From the human T2T-CHM13v2.0 reference genome, Homo sapiens, in assembly GCF_009914755.1 (NCBI RefSeq), contig NC_060927.1: 64,000 bases of DNA; one strand, 5' to 3'. The position numbers and the translations under genes were made by a program. Shown here one piece after another: positions 32,001 through 45,055 of this stretch (position 1 is the first letter of the stretch; every line of letters starts with the position of its first letter). The notes below the pieces were generated by a model. It searched no databases, was not told the DNA's origin, and saw only the letters and a program-made list of their open reading frames with translations.

Positions 32001-32369
32001 ATCAAGTGTCAGAGTGGGGATGATTACAATATCATACTTCACTGTGATGAAAAATGCTTTATTTCATATCATTCAGTTTCTTATAAGCAAACCGACATGG
32101 TTGAACAGTTTTGAGTCTGTGTAATCTGTTCCTGGTACTCTTCCTCCCGGTGCTACCTCTTACTTCTCTGGAGTGTGGAACTGCTTGAAATTAAAAATGT
32201 CCAGAATGGAGATCTTCATCTGCCAAGTCAGACCTTCTTTGATCCCTACTGATGGCTGCACTCACCTCTAAGCCATCTCTGAACCAGCACTAAGCGCCCG
32301 GAGGCAAAGGCCCATGGCCCATGTCTCTCTATCCCCTTATCTAGCAAAGTGCCTGATGTACCAGGTGCT

Positions 32370-32679
<310 letters not shown>

Positions 32680-33739
32680 TATATGCACATCTTTATCCTC
32701 TGGAGCGTCTTCAAAATACAGTTAATAGTGAAGCATTCTGAATCCCCAGCCATGCCTGATGCAGTGGTAGGGGTATACAGTAGATGTTCAGTAAATAAGT
32801 ATTGCTGATGTGCACCAAGCGAATGACTTTCCCAGGAGAAGCGCCACCATCATTCCTTCCTCTGAGCCATGTTTCAGATTTTCTTGGGTGGCAGGTCCCT
32901 TTGTGGATTTCTTGCAGGTCCTTAGCTGGGAATGAGTGGGAAGGTGTACGTGTTATTCCTGAAAAGCTTAGGGTCTGCGGCCCTTCTTGTGCACCTCTGC
33001 TTAAAAGAGCCCACAGTGTTGGCTTTCATAGCAGAGCAGTCTAGGAAATTTTGTACTCTGGTTCCAGGGCTCAGAGTAGCAAGAGTGCTGGGACCTGTCT
33101 GAGAAGCAGTGCTGGGCTGTGGATGCTTGCCTGTGGCACCAGATGCCTTACAGTGGCCAGGAATGCTGCGGGACAGTCTACTTTGATTGCTTTCTTTCCT
33201 CCATGGCTGAGATCTGAGTGTAGTGTTAACTGGGCTTAAAAATCAAGTCCGTTGTATCTGCATGGTCACGTAGTTCGGCATCTCATGGCTTTTGCACCTA
33301 GAGGTGTGAACCATAATACCTGAAACACAATTTCATAACCTGGCTCCTTGGGCTTAGCCTATATGGTGGAGGTTAGGTCTGTATATCATCAAGACTGTGT
33401 CTTTGCATGGTTGTCATTCTGTTGGAATTGAACTTTCTTATTTCTGTAGGCCTAGGTTCTGTCTATTCTTCTCAGACAGCTCATATGCTGCTTCTTCCCT
33501 TCAGCCTTCTCTGATACTTGTCCACTCCCCGCCTGCCTACATCTGAGTACTTGCTTTCCCTCTGGACACCCCTGTGCCCAGTCCAACTCTCCTGTACAGA
33601 CACCAGCCCCTTTCCCCTGGTTTATAACTGTTGTGGGAAGTGGCGTGGAGTGTGATGGTCTGCTCATGGGCTGTGGGGTCTGACAGCCTGACTCTTTGGC
33701 TGATTAGCTGAGTGACTTTGGATGGAACTAGAATATGAG

Positions 33740-33865
33740 TTCCTAGAGGCTGAGACTGCAGTCTGATTTGGGTGTATAGCCTTGTGAACTTAATCCTGTG
33801 CCTGGCACACAGGAAGCACATCAGGAAATGCACGTCAAATGAGTGAATAAATAAATGAATGACCA
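33740..33865 (+). mobile_element. L2 3' tail
   Basis: ctagaatatgagttcctagaggc...gtgcctggcacacagga...tgagtgaataaataaatgaatga. Confidence 0.7.
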
Positions 33866-34196
33866 TACAAGGACTCCATGGTATATTCTTGTAGATCATT
33901 AGTTAATTATCAACAATTGGCTAATGATTAATGTTTGCCTGAGAGGCTGACTTTTTGTCCATTAGTAATGACATCCCAGGAAACACCTGGCAGAGTTCGT
34001 CTTTAATTTCAGGAGTATATCTTTCTTTCTTGGCAAATTTAACTATTAAAGAGAGAAGAAAGACAAGTACTTGATACTTTTTGAATCTGTAAGTTATAAA
34101 CCTGTCTTCTGTATTCAATGTTGTATATTAGCCACATTGCAGATGATTCTATTTGGATGGATGTGTGACTGTCACCTTTCACATAAAAATTGATTG

Positions 34197-34475
<279 letters not shown>

Positions 34476-34598
34476 CTATGTGCTATACAAATAATTATAT
34501 CTCTTTTGTTAAGCCTTACGTCATTTTGACAAAGGCTTTACTTGATTGAGTATTGACGGCTTTTCCAAAATAAAATCCAGCTCTTAATTGAGATTTGT

Positions 34599-34910
34599 GG
34601 CTGGGCATGGTAGCTCATGCTTGTAATCCCAGCACTTTGGGACACTTAGCAGGGAGGATTGCTGGAGGCCAGGAGTTCAAAACCAGAATGGGCAACATAG
34701 TGAGATTCCATGTCTCCCCCCGCCAAAAAAAAAAAAAAAATTAGCTGGGTGTGGTGGCGTGCACCTGTGGTCCCAGCTACTCAGGAGGCTGAGGTGGGGG
34801 GATTGCTTGTGCCTGGGAGGTCAAGACTATAGTGAGCTGTGATTATGTTACTGTACTCTAGCCTGGGTGACAGAATGAGACCCTGTCTCAAAAATAAAGG
34901 AAAAAAAGAA
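34599..34910 (+). mobile_element. AluJ-like
   Basis: Dimeric Alu. Confidence 0.9.
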
Positions 34911-35409
34911 GAATTTAGGTTTTTTACTATTAAAATTCCATAAGAGGAATTCCAGTGGGGGTCCTTGCTCATTTGGTTTGTTTTTTTACAATGTGAATAT
35001 CATTATTTTATAGTCATACCTTATACAACGAACCTCCCCATCTAGACCCTTCACTAGTGAGACTACCTTAGGGTGAGGATATTTGGGTATATTAGAGTAT
35101 TAGCCAGAACTCTTTGGGTTACAGATTGTGGGAATACAACTCACTCAAATTGGCTTAGCTGAAAAAAAAGTGCGTATGTATGTACAATTTATAAACTCAG
35201 TTAACCAAAGAGTCCACTGGGTAGAAATGGCATCAGACACAGCTGGAAAGGGGGGGCTGAAAAGATGTCACCAGCATTCTATCCCTGCCCTGCACCCTCG
35301 GGTTTCTGAGCCAGAGTCTGACTGACCTCTAGTAGGTCAGCCTCACGTTGCCTATGTGTACATCTTCCTCAGCTCATTTTGAGGAGGGCATGTGGGGACG
35401 TGCATTTCT

Positions 35410-35843
35410 TTCTTTTTTTCAAATTTTATTTTATTTTAAGTTCCGGGATACATGTGCAGGATGTGCAGGTTTGTTACATAGGTAAATGCATGCCACGGTG
35501 GTTTGCCGCACCTATCAACCCATCACCTAGGTATTAAGCCCTGCATGCATTAGCTATTTATCCTGATGCTCTTCCTCCCACATTTCTTTTTTTTTGTTTT
35601 TAGCATTTATTTTAGGTTTGGGGGTACATGTGAAGGTTTGTTACATAGGTAAACACAAGTCGCACAGGTTTGTTGTACATATTATTTCATCACCCAGGTA
35701 TTAAGCCTAGTACCCAATAGTTATCTTTTCTGTTCCTCTCTCTTCCCCCACCACCCCGCAACTCAAGTAGACCCAGTGTCTGTTGTTTCCCTCTGTGTTC
35801 GTAAGTTCTTATCATTTAGCTCCCGCTTATAAGTGAGAGCAAG
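35410..35843 (-). mobile_element. Two adjacent short L1PA 3' ends (~35410-35580 and ~35585-35843)
   Basis: Each begins with T-tract...gtacatgtg...ggtttgttacataggtaaa; outer TSD gcatttctttctt at 35402 and 35844. Confidence 0.88.
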
Positions 35844-37339
35844 GCATTTCTTTCTTAATCTCAGCTTAAGTTCGGCATTTTAACAATGATTGCATCAGAA
35901 ACAGAGACCTCTGTAGCAGATTGGTGGGTAGTTTTCTTTTTTTTTAACCTTCCTCATTGGTGTTTGTTTACTTTTTAACTGTCTGACAAATGTGAAAAGT
36001 ACCCAATACAGGGTGACAGCATGCCCAGCAGTAGAGACACTTGGGTGTTAAATACCAGTGGCGGTGGGGACACGCCCCAACAGACCCCAACAGCTTCTCA
36101 CCAAAGAAAGTTCCTAAAGGAATGGAAGAGGTTCTAGAATTCTGGAGGTGGGGTGTACAGGGAGGGACCATGTGCACTGTTACTGTTGAGTGGACAGATG
36201 TGCAGAAGGGAGGGGTGTCGGCGGGTGTCCCTGCCCCAGCAAGGGTAGAGGGCTGGTTAGCAGTTGATCCAGGAGTAGATGTTAGCATCCCCACCATGCA
36301 GCTACAGGATGTGGTCCTCAAGTCCTGTCTGCTCATGTGATGGAAATAAGGAGAGTGGTGGAGGCGGGGGCCTTCCTTTTTTAATTCAGGTGAGATTGGT
36401 ATTCTCCCAGCTGGGGTTCCTGTGGGCTGTAAGGGTGTTTGGCTGGGCAGGCAAAGCCGGAAATGGGTGGTATGGAGGAAGAAACAGAATAGCTGAAGAT
36501 GGGATGAAGGAGGAACTGCCTGAACTGATCAGTGAGCTCCACAGCCCCCTCTGTGTGTGTGTGTGTGTGTTTGAGAGAGTAAGAGAGAGCTCATGCTCAT
36601 GAGTGTGTGAGTTAGGGGAAAGGTGGAGGTGGGCATTGTTGACACAGGCCTTGCAGGACGAAGCCTTCCTTTGGTGGCTTTAATTAAGCAGGGCCCCAGA
36701 CACTGCCTGGGCTGGAGAAAATGACTTTCTTCTCCAGAACTTCAAAGCAATTATTTTTGCTAATTTTTTCCTTCCTCCCTGTTAGGTGAGTGGTAGTTTT
36801 AGAAATCACAGGACATCTGTTGAAATTATTGAATGAGTGAACGCGAGGTGAGGCTGGAGGGAATCAGGGGCTGACCCGAGGGAGGGCGGGGAGGCAGGTG
36901 CAGACTGCTCAGTGAGTGTGGTGGGATCCCGGTCTTGGCTGGCCCTGTAGGAGCCCAGCCAGGGAAGGCAGGAAGAGGTGGCCTAGGTTAGCTTTGCCTG
37001 GGGATTCAAAGGGGCCAGGCGAGAGGCTCATGCTCTTTCTCCTTCCCTTTCCCTGCCATGCTCATCTTCTGAGGGCTGACGCTGAATCCTTTTCCTGTGT
37101 CCGTCAGGGATTCCTGCATAACATAGACTCACAGATACTTTTTTACAGCTATAAGAGGACGTATTTATAAGAAAGGAAATTGAGGCAGCTTTATTCAACA
37201 AATATTGATTGAGACCTCCTGTGCAGAGCACAGCAGCCCTGTGTTTCTGCCTTCCAGCCCGCTGCTGTGGCTCCCCATGCCTTGTTGTGAAGGAAAACCT
37301 ACAGTGTGGGGTTGGAAAACAGCCAGATTTGTTTTCATA

Positions 37340-37960
37340 TTTTGCATTCTTACTATAAATCATCACTCAAAATTGACACAAGTAATACATGAATACATTG
37401 TTTCAAATAATTAAAACAATACAGATAAAGTAACAAACCCCTTTACCTACCCAACTCCTTCTAATTACAATGATCAGTTCCGTGTGTCCCTTCCGAATTG
37501 TTTTTCACAGCGTGTGTGTACGTATGTATATATCACCTGTGCATTTTGAAACATAAATACAGTTTGAGTATTTTAAATTTCGTGCAAGTGGGAACATGCA
37601 TTCTATGGCTTCCTTTTTCCCACTCAATAGACCTTACAGACCTTTCCATATCTGTATGCAGAAATCTAACAACTTCATAGTTGGTGTAAAATATTCCATG
37701 TATGAATGTACCACAGTTTATTTGTTTTCTTTGTGATGAACATTTAGGGTAATTCCAAAAGTTTTACTGTTTCAAATCATGCTGCATTGAATATCCTTTT
37801 GTATGCTTCTTTGTGCATGCAAGAAAACGTTTGTCTGGGATGACAACTCAGAAGTAAACTCTCCGGGTTGGAGGGTATGTGCGTTTTTAATATCCATGTT
37901 TATTGCCACATCATTCTTCACTAAGCCTGTACTCTTTTACCTCACACCACATCTCACTGC
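37340..37960 (-). mobile_element. Old L1ME-like 3' fragment
   Basis: aatattccatgtatgaatgtaccacagtttattt...gatgaacatttagg...gctgcattgaatatcctt. Confidence 0.65.
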
Positions 37961-40086
37961 CTCAGCAGTCATTTCACTCTGCAGAGTGACCTCATGTGTT
38001 CTGTATCTTAGGCTGTACAAAAGGAAGTCTTGGGGGTTGGGTCTGGCCTCTCTCTGGGATGTTAGTAGCATCTGGAGCATCTGGTTAGAGTAGAAAGTCC
38101 ACAAACCTGAGCCCTAGATTTTAGGAATCTATTTTGCACCAGTGACCAGATAAAAGGCACCAAAACTTATTCTTGTCTCCCTTGCTTTCAGTCCCAGGTG
38201 CTTAGATACTATTGTTTCTTTTGAGTGAAATATTCATTCCAGGTAGCTAATAGGTAAATAAGTTCCTAATACAAAAACTGAGTCTTATTTTGGAACGTTT
38301 GCTTGCTACGGACTGGTTTCATGACAAATACTGCCTTTATGTCCCTGTTAGTTGGGGAAGAAGAATATCCAATCCGGTATGTCTCTGATGTCCCGTGTTC
38401 TTATTATCTGTTTTATTTTCACACACAGTAAAATCTCGCTATTATTATGGTGTTTAGGGTTTGTGCCCTTCTTATTTCCGAAATCTCTGAGGTGGTTTAG
38501 AAAATAGAATTTGATGAAAGTGGGACAATGGGGAATGGAAGCAAAGTCTACTTGCCAGGGTGCTCGAGGGGAACTGATTGCTGACACCTGGACATGGAAT
38601 TGGCCTCAAGGTTTCCCAGCAGCGGCGGCGAAAAAGAGTACATCCTGACACACAGGGTTTTTATCCTTTCGACAAAGGGAAGCAGCCACGCTCATTCACA
38701 GCAGCACTTTCTAGGAAGCACATCCAAGGAGGAATCTCCAGCGCAGGTCCTTGTGTAAGGTACATTGTTGGAGCACAATGAGCCATGTCTTCGCCGTGCT
38801 TTTGTCGGGGTCAGAAATGCCGCGCAAGCAGATGGTCCCTGCATTCATGTTTTTCAGGGGTCAGGGCACGACATTAAACTGTGGTATAATGAAAATGGAA
38901 GTACTTCTCATTTCTATAAAAACGCTGCTTTTTGATTATATAAATTAGTATAGGATGAAAGCTGGGAAGATGAAAAAAGAGTAGTTTAACATAGCCATTA
39001 TTTAATCATTCATAAAGTACTTTTTAAAGCATTTATTACGGGTAAAATATAGTCCCATTAGACACATTCCCTCTTTGTGCTAACTTGGTTTAACTCAAAA
39101 TACAAAGGGATACAGGAATTTATGCAAAGAACATCCTCCCCTGCCCCCGTAAAACCATATTTGAATATATGTGGTTTTATTATTTTACTCTAATGTAATT
39201 TAAATAAATGACCAATATTTTTAAAAATAAGAAATCCTTGAATATTCTTCAGTAAATAGATAACAACAGGGTATAATGAAACACTGTTTATATTTAAATG
39301 ACTGCTTTGAAACGGTGTGAAAGCAGCTTAAATGGGTAAAATGCTGCCCTTTTATGTCAGTAATTAGCCCCTTGGTCTTTTTTCACGATAATGCAAAATT
39401 GTACTTCTCTGTAGGCTTACACAAATTCTGAATTATTGAAATATAAATTAATGGTGAATCTTTCTAAAGCTCTTTTCAGAATTTTTATCTGGTGGGAGTG
39501 AAATTAAAACATCCAAAATTCTAAATTAGAATGTGGCAAAGTAGAGACAGCCAGCTAGAATTTGGTAAAAGACAGGTGTTTAATAAATCTTTTCCTAGAC
39601 ATCCATGGGTTGGTACTAGTGTGGTGGGGTAGAGAAAGCTTTGGCGTGTTTTAGGTTGGCCAAATGAATCAGTTAATTGATGTTATTAAAGCCAGGTGGG
39701 ACAATAGTAGGTTAGACCGCCTGGTTTTGATTGACCCTGAATGAGGAATCACAGACATGATGAGGTTGGGATTGGAGAGGACATCAGAAACCTCCATATG
39801 GGTCTGTTCCTTTTTCAGACCCGCCAGCATGACCTGCCCTGGGTTACACAGTGAGAGACGAACCGCATGGGGATGTAGGGCAGAGCATCTGTCTCCCAAT
39901 CTGTTTTCTTCCTACCCACCTCAGTTACAACTATGACTCCAGGTTGAAGTTGGGCATCTCCTATCTGACCAAGGGACAGGGTCTAAGAACAGCAGGGGCA
40001 GTGATGACAAAAGATTGTCTCTTTAAAGCAAGCTGGGCATTGAGTCAACTTTTCATTATCTCTTCAATTATTTTCTTTGTGTAGTA

Positions 40087-40122
40087 TTAGGTCGGTGCAA
40101 ACCTAATGACGGTTTTTGCCAT
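40087..40122. mobile_element. Half MADE1 / Hsmar1 inverted-repeat remnant
   Basis: TA-ttaggtcggtgcaaacctaatgacggtttttgccat. Confidence 0.7.
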
Positions 40123-40466
40123 AATACATCTTCCGAAAGATAGTTTCCATCACCTCTCCCTCCCCTGCTTAATTTCATAAAATACTTTATTGCTTTCTTC
40201 ATACATACCAACCTGTAGAAATCATTTGACCATAGATTGCCACATTTATTTTATGGAAATAGCCAGGGCACAGGCCAGCGGATGTAGTAGGGCAGGAGAG
40301 AATCAGCAGAGCTGGCTAACAAATGCAGTGGGTCTTTCCTCAGTTTCTTGTTTTTGTGTGGTTAGCTTGCCCTGTCTTTCTGACTATAACTGGAGGCACA
40401 GTGGTTATTGCCTTTGTTACTAGCTGACATTGGCTGACATTGCTGAGCTAGGTGGGCTTTCTATAT

Positions 40467-41337
40467 AGGGTCCTGTGCTGAATAACAGTGTTTCAGTTCA
40501 TCAGCCAAGATCAAAGTCGGTGGTCCCATAAGATTATAATGGAGCTAAAAAATTCTTGTTGCCTAGTGACATCGTAGTCATTGTGCCTTTGTAACATTGT
40601 AGCACAATTACTTTATTTTAAAAATAAATTTGGTAGCCAGGCGTGCCTCACACCTGTAATCCTAGCACTTTGGGAGGACGAGGTGGGCAGATTGCTTGAG
40701 TTCAGGAGTTCGAGACCAGCTGGTGAAACCTCGTCTCTACCAAAAATACAAAAAAATTAGCTGGGCGTGGTGGCACACGCCTGTGATTGCAGCTACTCAG
40801 GAGGCTGAGGTGGGAGAATCACTTGAGCCTGGGTGATGGAGATTGCAGTAAGCCGAGATTGTGCCACTTTATTCCATCCTAGGTGACTGAGACCCCGTCT
40901 GAAAAAATAAAAATAAGTAAATTCAATGTAGTCTGAGTGTACGGTATTTATAAAGTGTATGGTAGTGTAGGCTTTCACATTCACTCATCACTACTGACTC
41001 ACTCAGAGCAACTTCCAGTCCTGCAAGCTCCATTCATGGTGAGTGCCCTCTACAGGTGTACTGTATTTTGGCTTTTATACAGTATTTTTACTGTACCTTT
41101 TGTATATTTAGATACAACTGGTGTTATAATTGCCTATAGTATTCAGCACAGTCACATGCTGTACAGGTTTGTGGCCTAGCAGCAACAGGCGATCCCATAT
41201 AACCTAGGTATGTAGTAGGTGGTACCATCTAGGTCTGTGTAAGTACACTCCGTGTTCACACAGTGATGAAATTGCCTAACAATGCACTTTTCAGGACCCT
41301 GTTGTTTATACCTGTTGTTAAGCTATGCATGACTGTA
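40467..41337. mobile_element. Tigger3-like DNA transposon with an Alu insertion (~40635-40915)
   Basis: ggtggtcccataagattataatggagct...gcctagtgacatcgtag; right end gttaagctatgcatgactg followed by TA. Confidence 0.8.
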
Positions 41338-41339
41338 AT

Positions 41340-41525
41340 CTCCTCTAATTCCCATTTAATCTTTACCATAAACCCACAAGGGAGATACTGTTAAAAAAAT
41401 CCTCATTTTACAGGTGAGGAAACAAGGCTAGAAATGGTTATATTGCTTGCACGAGGCCGTGCTCCTGGTAATTGGCAGGGCCAGGATTCACACCCGGACT
41501 TCTGACTCAAGCGCCCACGCTCAAG
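41340..41525 (-). mobile_element. MIR
   Basis: cctcattttacaggtgaggaaacaaggct...ggcagggccaggattcacacc. Confidence 0.78.
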
Positions 41526-44500
41526 TACTAGGCCATGAAAGGGAGTCCAGGCTCACAGGCTGATGATGCCTAAACACCAAGCGGAGGAGGGTATGACCAA
41601 AGGGCAGAGCCAGAGAGGAGACCATGGGGGAGCTGACGGCAGAACCTTTTGGGGGCGTGGGGGGTGGGGGTCTCTCTGGCTAGGCTTCACATTCATGCTT
41701 TTGATTAGTGATTGGAACCAAGGTCTGGGGACTGGCATAGAAACTTTCCAGGTTAGGATTCAGTCCCAGCTTTGCCTTTCACTGGCTCTGTGACTGGGTC
41801 AAGCCCTTTCTGCATCTGCTCTTTCTCTGTGGAAGAGGAAATAAAATGGCTAAAGGTGTTATCACAGGCCCTGGCTCCTAGAAAGCACTGTGCTGTGAGC
41901 CAGAGGTTTAAGATGGGCTTCAGCCTCACAGCAGTCCTGTGAGGTAGGTGTCGTTAGCCTTAGCTGTAGATGAAGAAACTGAGGCTTGGGAAGACCAGCC
42001 GGCTTGCTCTGGGGCACCTGGTGAAGAGCTGGCTGGATGGAGGATTGGATAGTGATGGGTCCCTCCTGCCATACTAGAAGAGCTTCCTGGACAGTTTGCT
42101 TGGATTGGAGTTTAATTTCTAAAGCCATTTTTTTAGGTGTTCTTACCAGACTGAGCTAGTGCATCTGTCCCACCGAATAGCCTAAGACTTTAGTGGTCAT
42201 AGAGGGTTTTGCAGCGGATCTGGTGAAGAAATGAACTGAAAATGAGCCTGCTGGCCATAGGAGGGCCTAGACCTGGACCATACCCCATCATCATTTAGAC
42301 AATAAAGGGTGGTTAATTCCCTTGGAACACCAAGGACAGAGAGGGGGCTAGTTTAATGGTCAGGATCTGATTCTGCTGCAGCTAGAAGACTGAAGCCTGC
42401 CTCTACATGGTGGTCCGGGGTAAAAAGTTCAAAGCTCAGCACACTACCCACAAGGCTTGGTGGTTTCTTTACGTGTGACTTTCTCAGCCGACTTGAAATC
42501 CACCAGGTGTCTCTTGTTCTCTGCTTGGCCCAGGTGGGAGCCCCTGATTGTCTCTTGACTTAAATGTTGCTCAGAAGAGGAAATAAAGCAGGAGCTAAGG
42601 AGCACAACGATGTCAGGGGGATTCTGGCCCGATGGTCGTGCAGTTCCTAGATTTGGAGTCGTGAAAACAATCACTAACACCTGCGTGGTCAGGGACGGCC
42701 TATACGGCACTTCATCATAGGGTCTGATTTTTATCCTCACAGCAGCCTTGTGAACATTGCTGATATTTGACACACCAGGCAGCCAAGGTGTGGGGCAGTT
42801 GAATGACTTGCCCAAGAGCAAACAGCAAGTAAGCAGCAGAATTAGGATGTGGACCTCTCCTGCCCTTTCTGCCACACTGTGTTCCTCGTGTCATGGAGTC
42901 CTCCCTGCAGGTCACTCGGGTAAGAGACCAAGGCTCACAGATGGGAGCTGGCTTGCCAGAGCTAGGGCTCCTCAGGACCCAGGTGATGGGCTTGCTTCTC
43001 TGACATGTGGTCCCTGACCTCTGTTTTCTCACCTGTAAGATGGGGATCATAGCATTATTAATAGTCATGTTGTTGAGAGGATTAAAGGCGATTTTGCAAG
43101 GGAACCCTCTGTGAACAACAGATGCTGGCCCATTGATTTCCTTGTGCATCTAGTCCCACTTTCTCAGGCATTTAGGCTCTGCCCTGCTCTGGCTCTCTCT
43201 CTCTTCAGCCTTCCACCGTATCAGGAGAGTGGAGACTCTGGAGGAAGACAGATCTTGGTTTGGTTTCTAGGTTTGATGCTGACTGACTGGGTTTGGGAAT
43301 GAACAAATGATCTCACCTCCCTTGGTCTGGCTTCCTCATCTGTAAAACAGAGATAATAATTCTCATCTCACTTTTCATGTGGGATCTTTGTGAGGAGTCA
43401 ATACAAATAATGTGCGAGGGAGCTCTCATTTACCAGAAGGCATTAGTTAACTGGTCAAGAATAGTTCAAGAGAGTCTTACCTCCCAGTGAAGTTTAAGGT
43501 TTGGCAGTATCTGAGCACTGGGGGAATCTTTTCCTATACCCCCCTTGAAGTGCCATAGGGTTTTGAGAATCAGTCACACGGCACACCTGTTAAATCCCTG
43601 TGTTCTTCCATGATTGCTGCCTTTCTTTGCCTTATGATTTTTTCCCTTATTGTGGCCTAGTCCACGGAGGTTGGAAAGAGGAGTGTGCCCTTCCCTTCCC
43701 TTCCCTTTCCTCAGCAAGGGGCTAGTTTCTACTCATAGCTCAGGGCTCACCCACAGCATAGCGCTGTGTGGAAGCCTGGTGGGGGCACTGGGTGAGTGGT
43801 GCTGCAGCAGAAAGGCCTCCTGCTGAGACGCTGAGGTCAGCATTTTCAGCGGCAGGGAGCCCTGTGACTGAAAGCAGAAAGACCAAGTACAGTGTGAGGA
43901 CTCGGGTTGGTGTTTGTGGCCACATTGATGGCTTCATGGAAGTATGTTCCCCTCTGTGCAATGAACTAGTAGGGCCTGTGTCTTGGGGCCTGCACCTTTT
44001 GATTGCAGGCACCAGGCCCAGCATTTTTTCTGTGTTGCCTATCTGGACGACAAGCCATACGGTAGTTACTAGCGTCCCCATTTTGCAGGTGAGGCAGATG
44101 AAGCTAGGAGGCGTTAACTTAAATGACTCTTTGCTGAGGGAATAAACCCATAAGATGACAAATGAGGTCTGTGGTCACTTTCTTCACTGTTGCAGTGCTG
44201 TGCCCAGCACTGAGTGTGAGGGATGTCATGGAGAGAATGCTGAATTTGGAGTCCGGTGGCCTGGCTTTGAGTCCCTGCTCTGTAACTTTACTTCGTTGTG
44301 ACCCTCACTTTCTTCATTGGTCATAAAGCAGGAGGTAAAAATTTAAATGAGATCTGTGTGAAAGCGTTTTATAATCTACGAAGCTATATACACATGGGCG
44401 GCATCATCCTTATGGCTGTCTGTTGAGAGAGGGCCTCGAGGAGAGGACTTGGCTTCATCTTGCCTTCTAATCCCTCACTGCAAGGCCCTGAATCCTAATT

Positions 44501-44714
44501 CCACTCCATCTCTCCATGATGCCAGTGCCACATCTGGGACCTACGCAGAAGAGTCATACCTGCCAGCACAGCTATGGTGATTGTGCTTGGGAAGAAGTTG
44601 AAGTTGCAGAAGGAAGGTGGTAGAGAGGGACTGAAAGAGCCAACCAGGCCAGAGCTCGACAGGACCCTCCCTCCTTCCCTACCCTTCAGACAGGAGCTGC
44701 ATCACCATTTTCTT

Positions 44715-45055
<341 letters not shown>

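Noticed and set aside
36750-36765. TATTTTTGCTAATT resembling exon 3 (IFAN), suggesting a duplicated mutually exclusive exon
   Set aside because: Only 13/14 nt of low-complexity match; flanks are unrelated, the frame stops at 36783-36785, and there is no U12 branch site.
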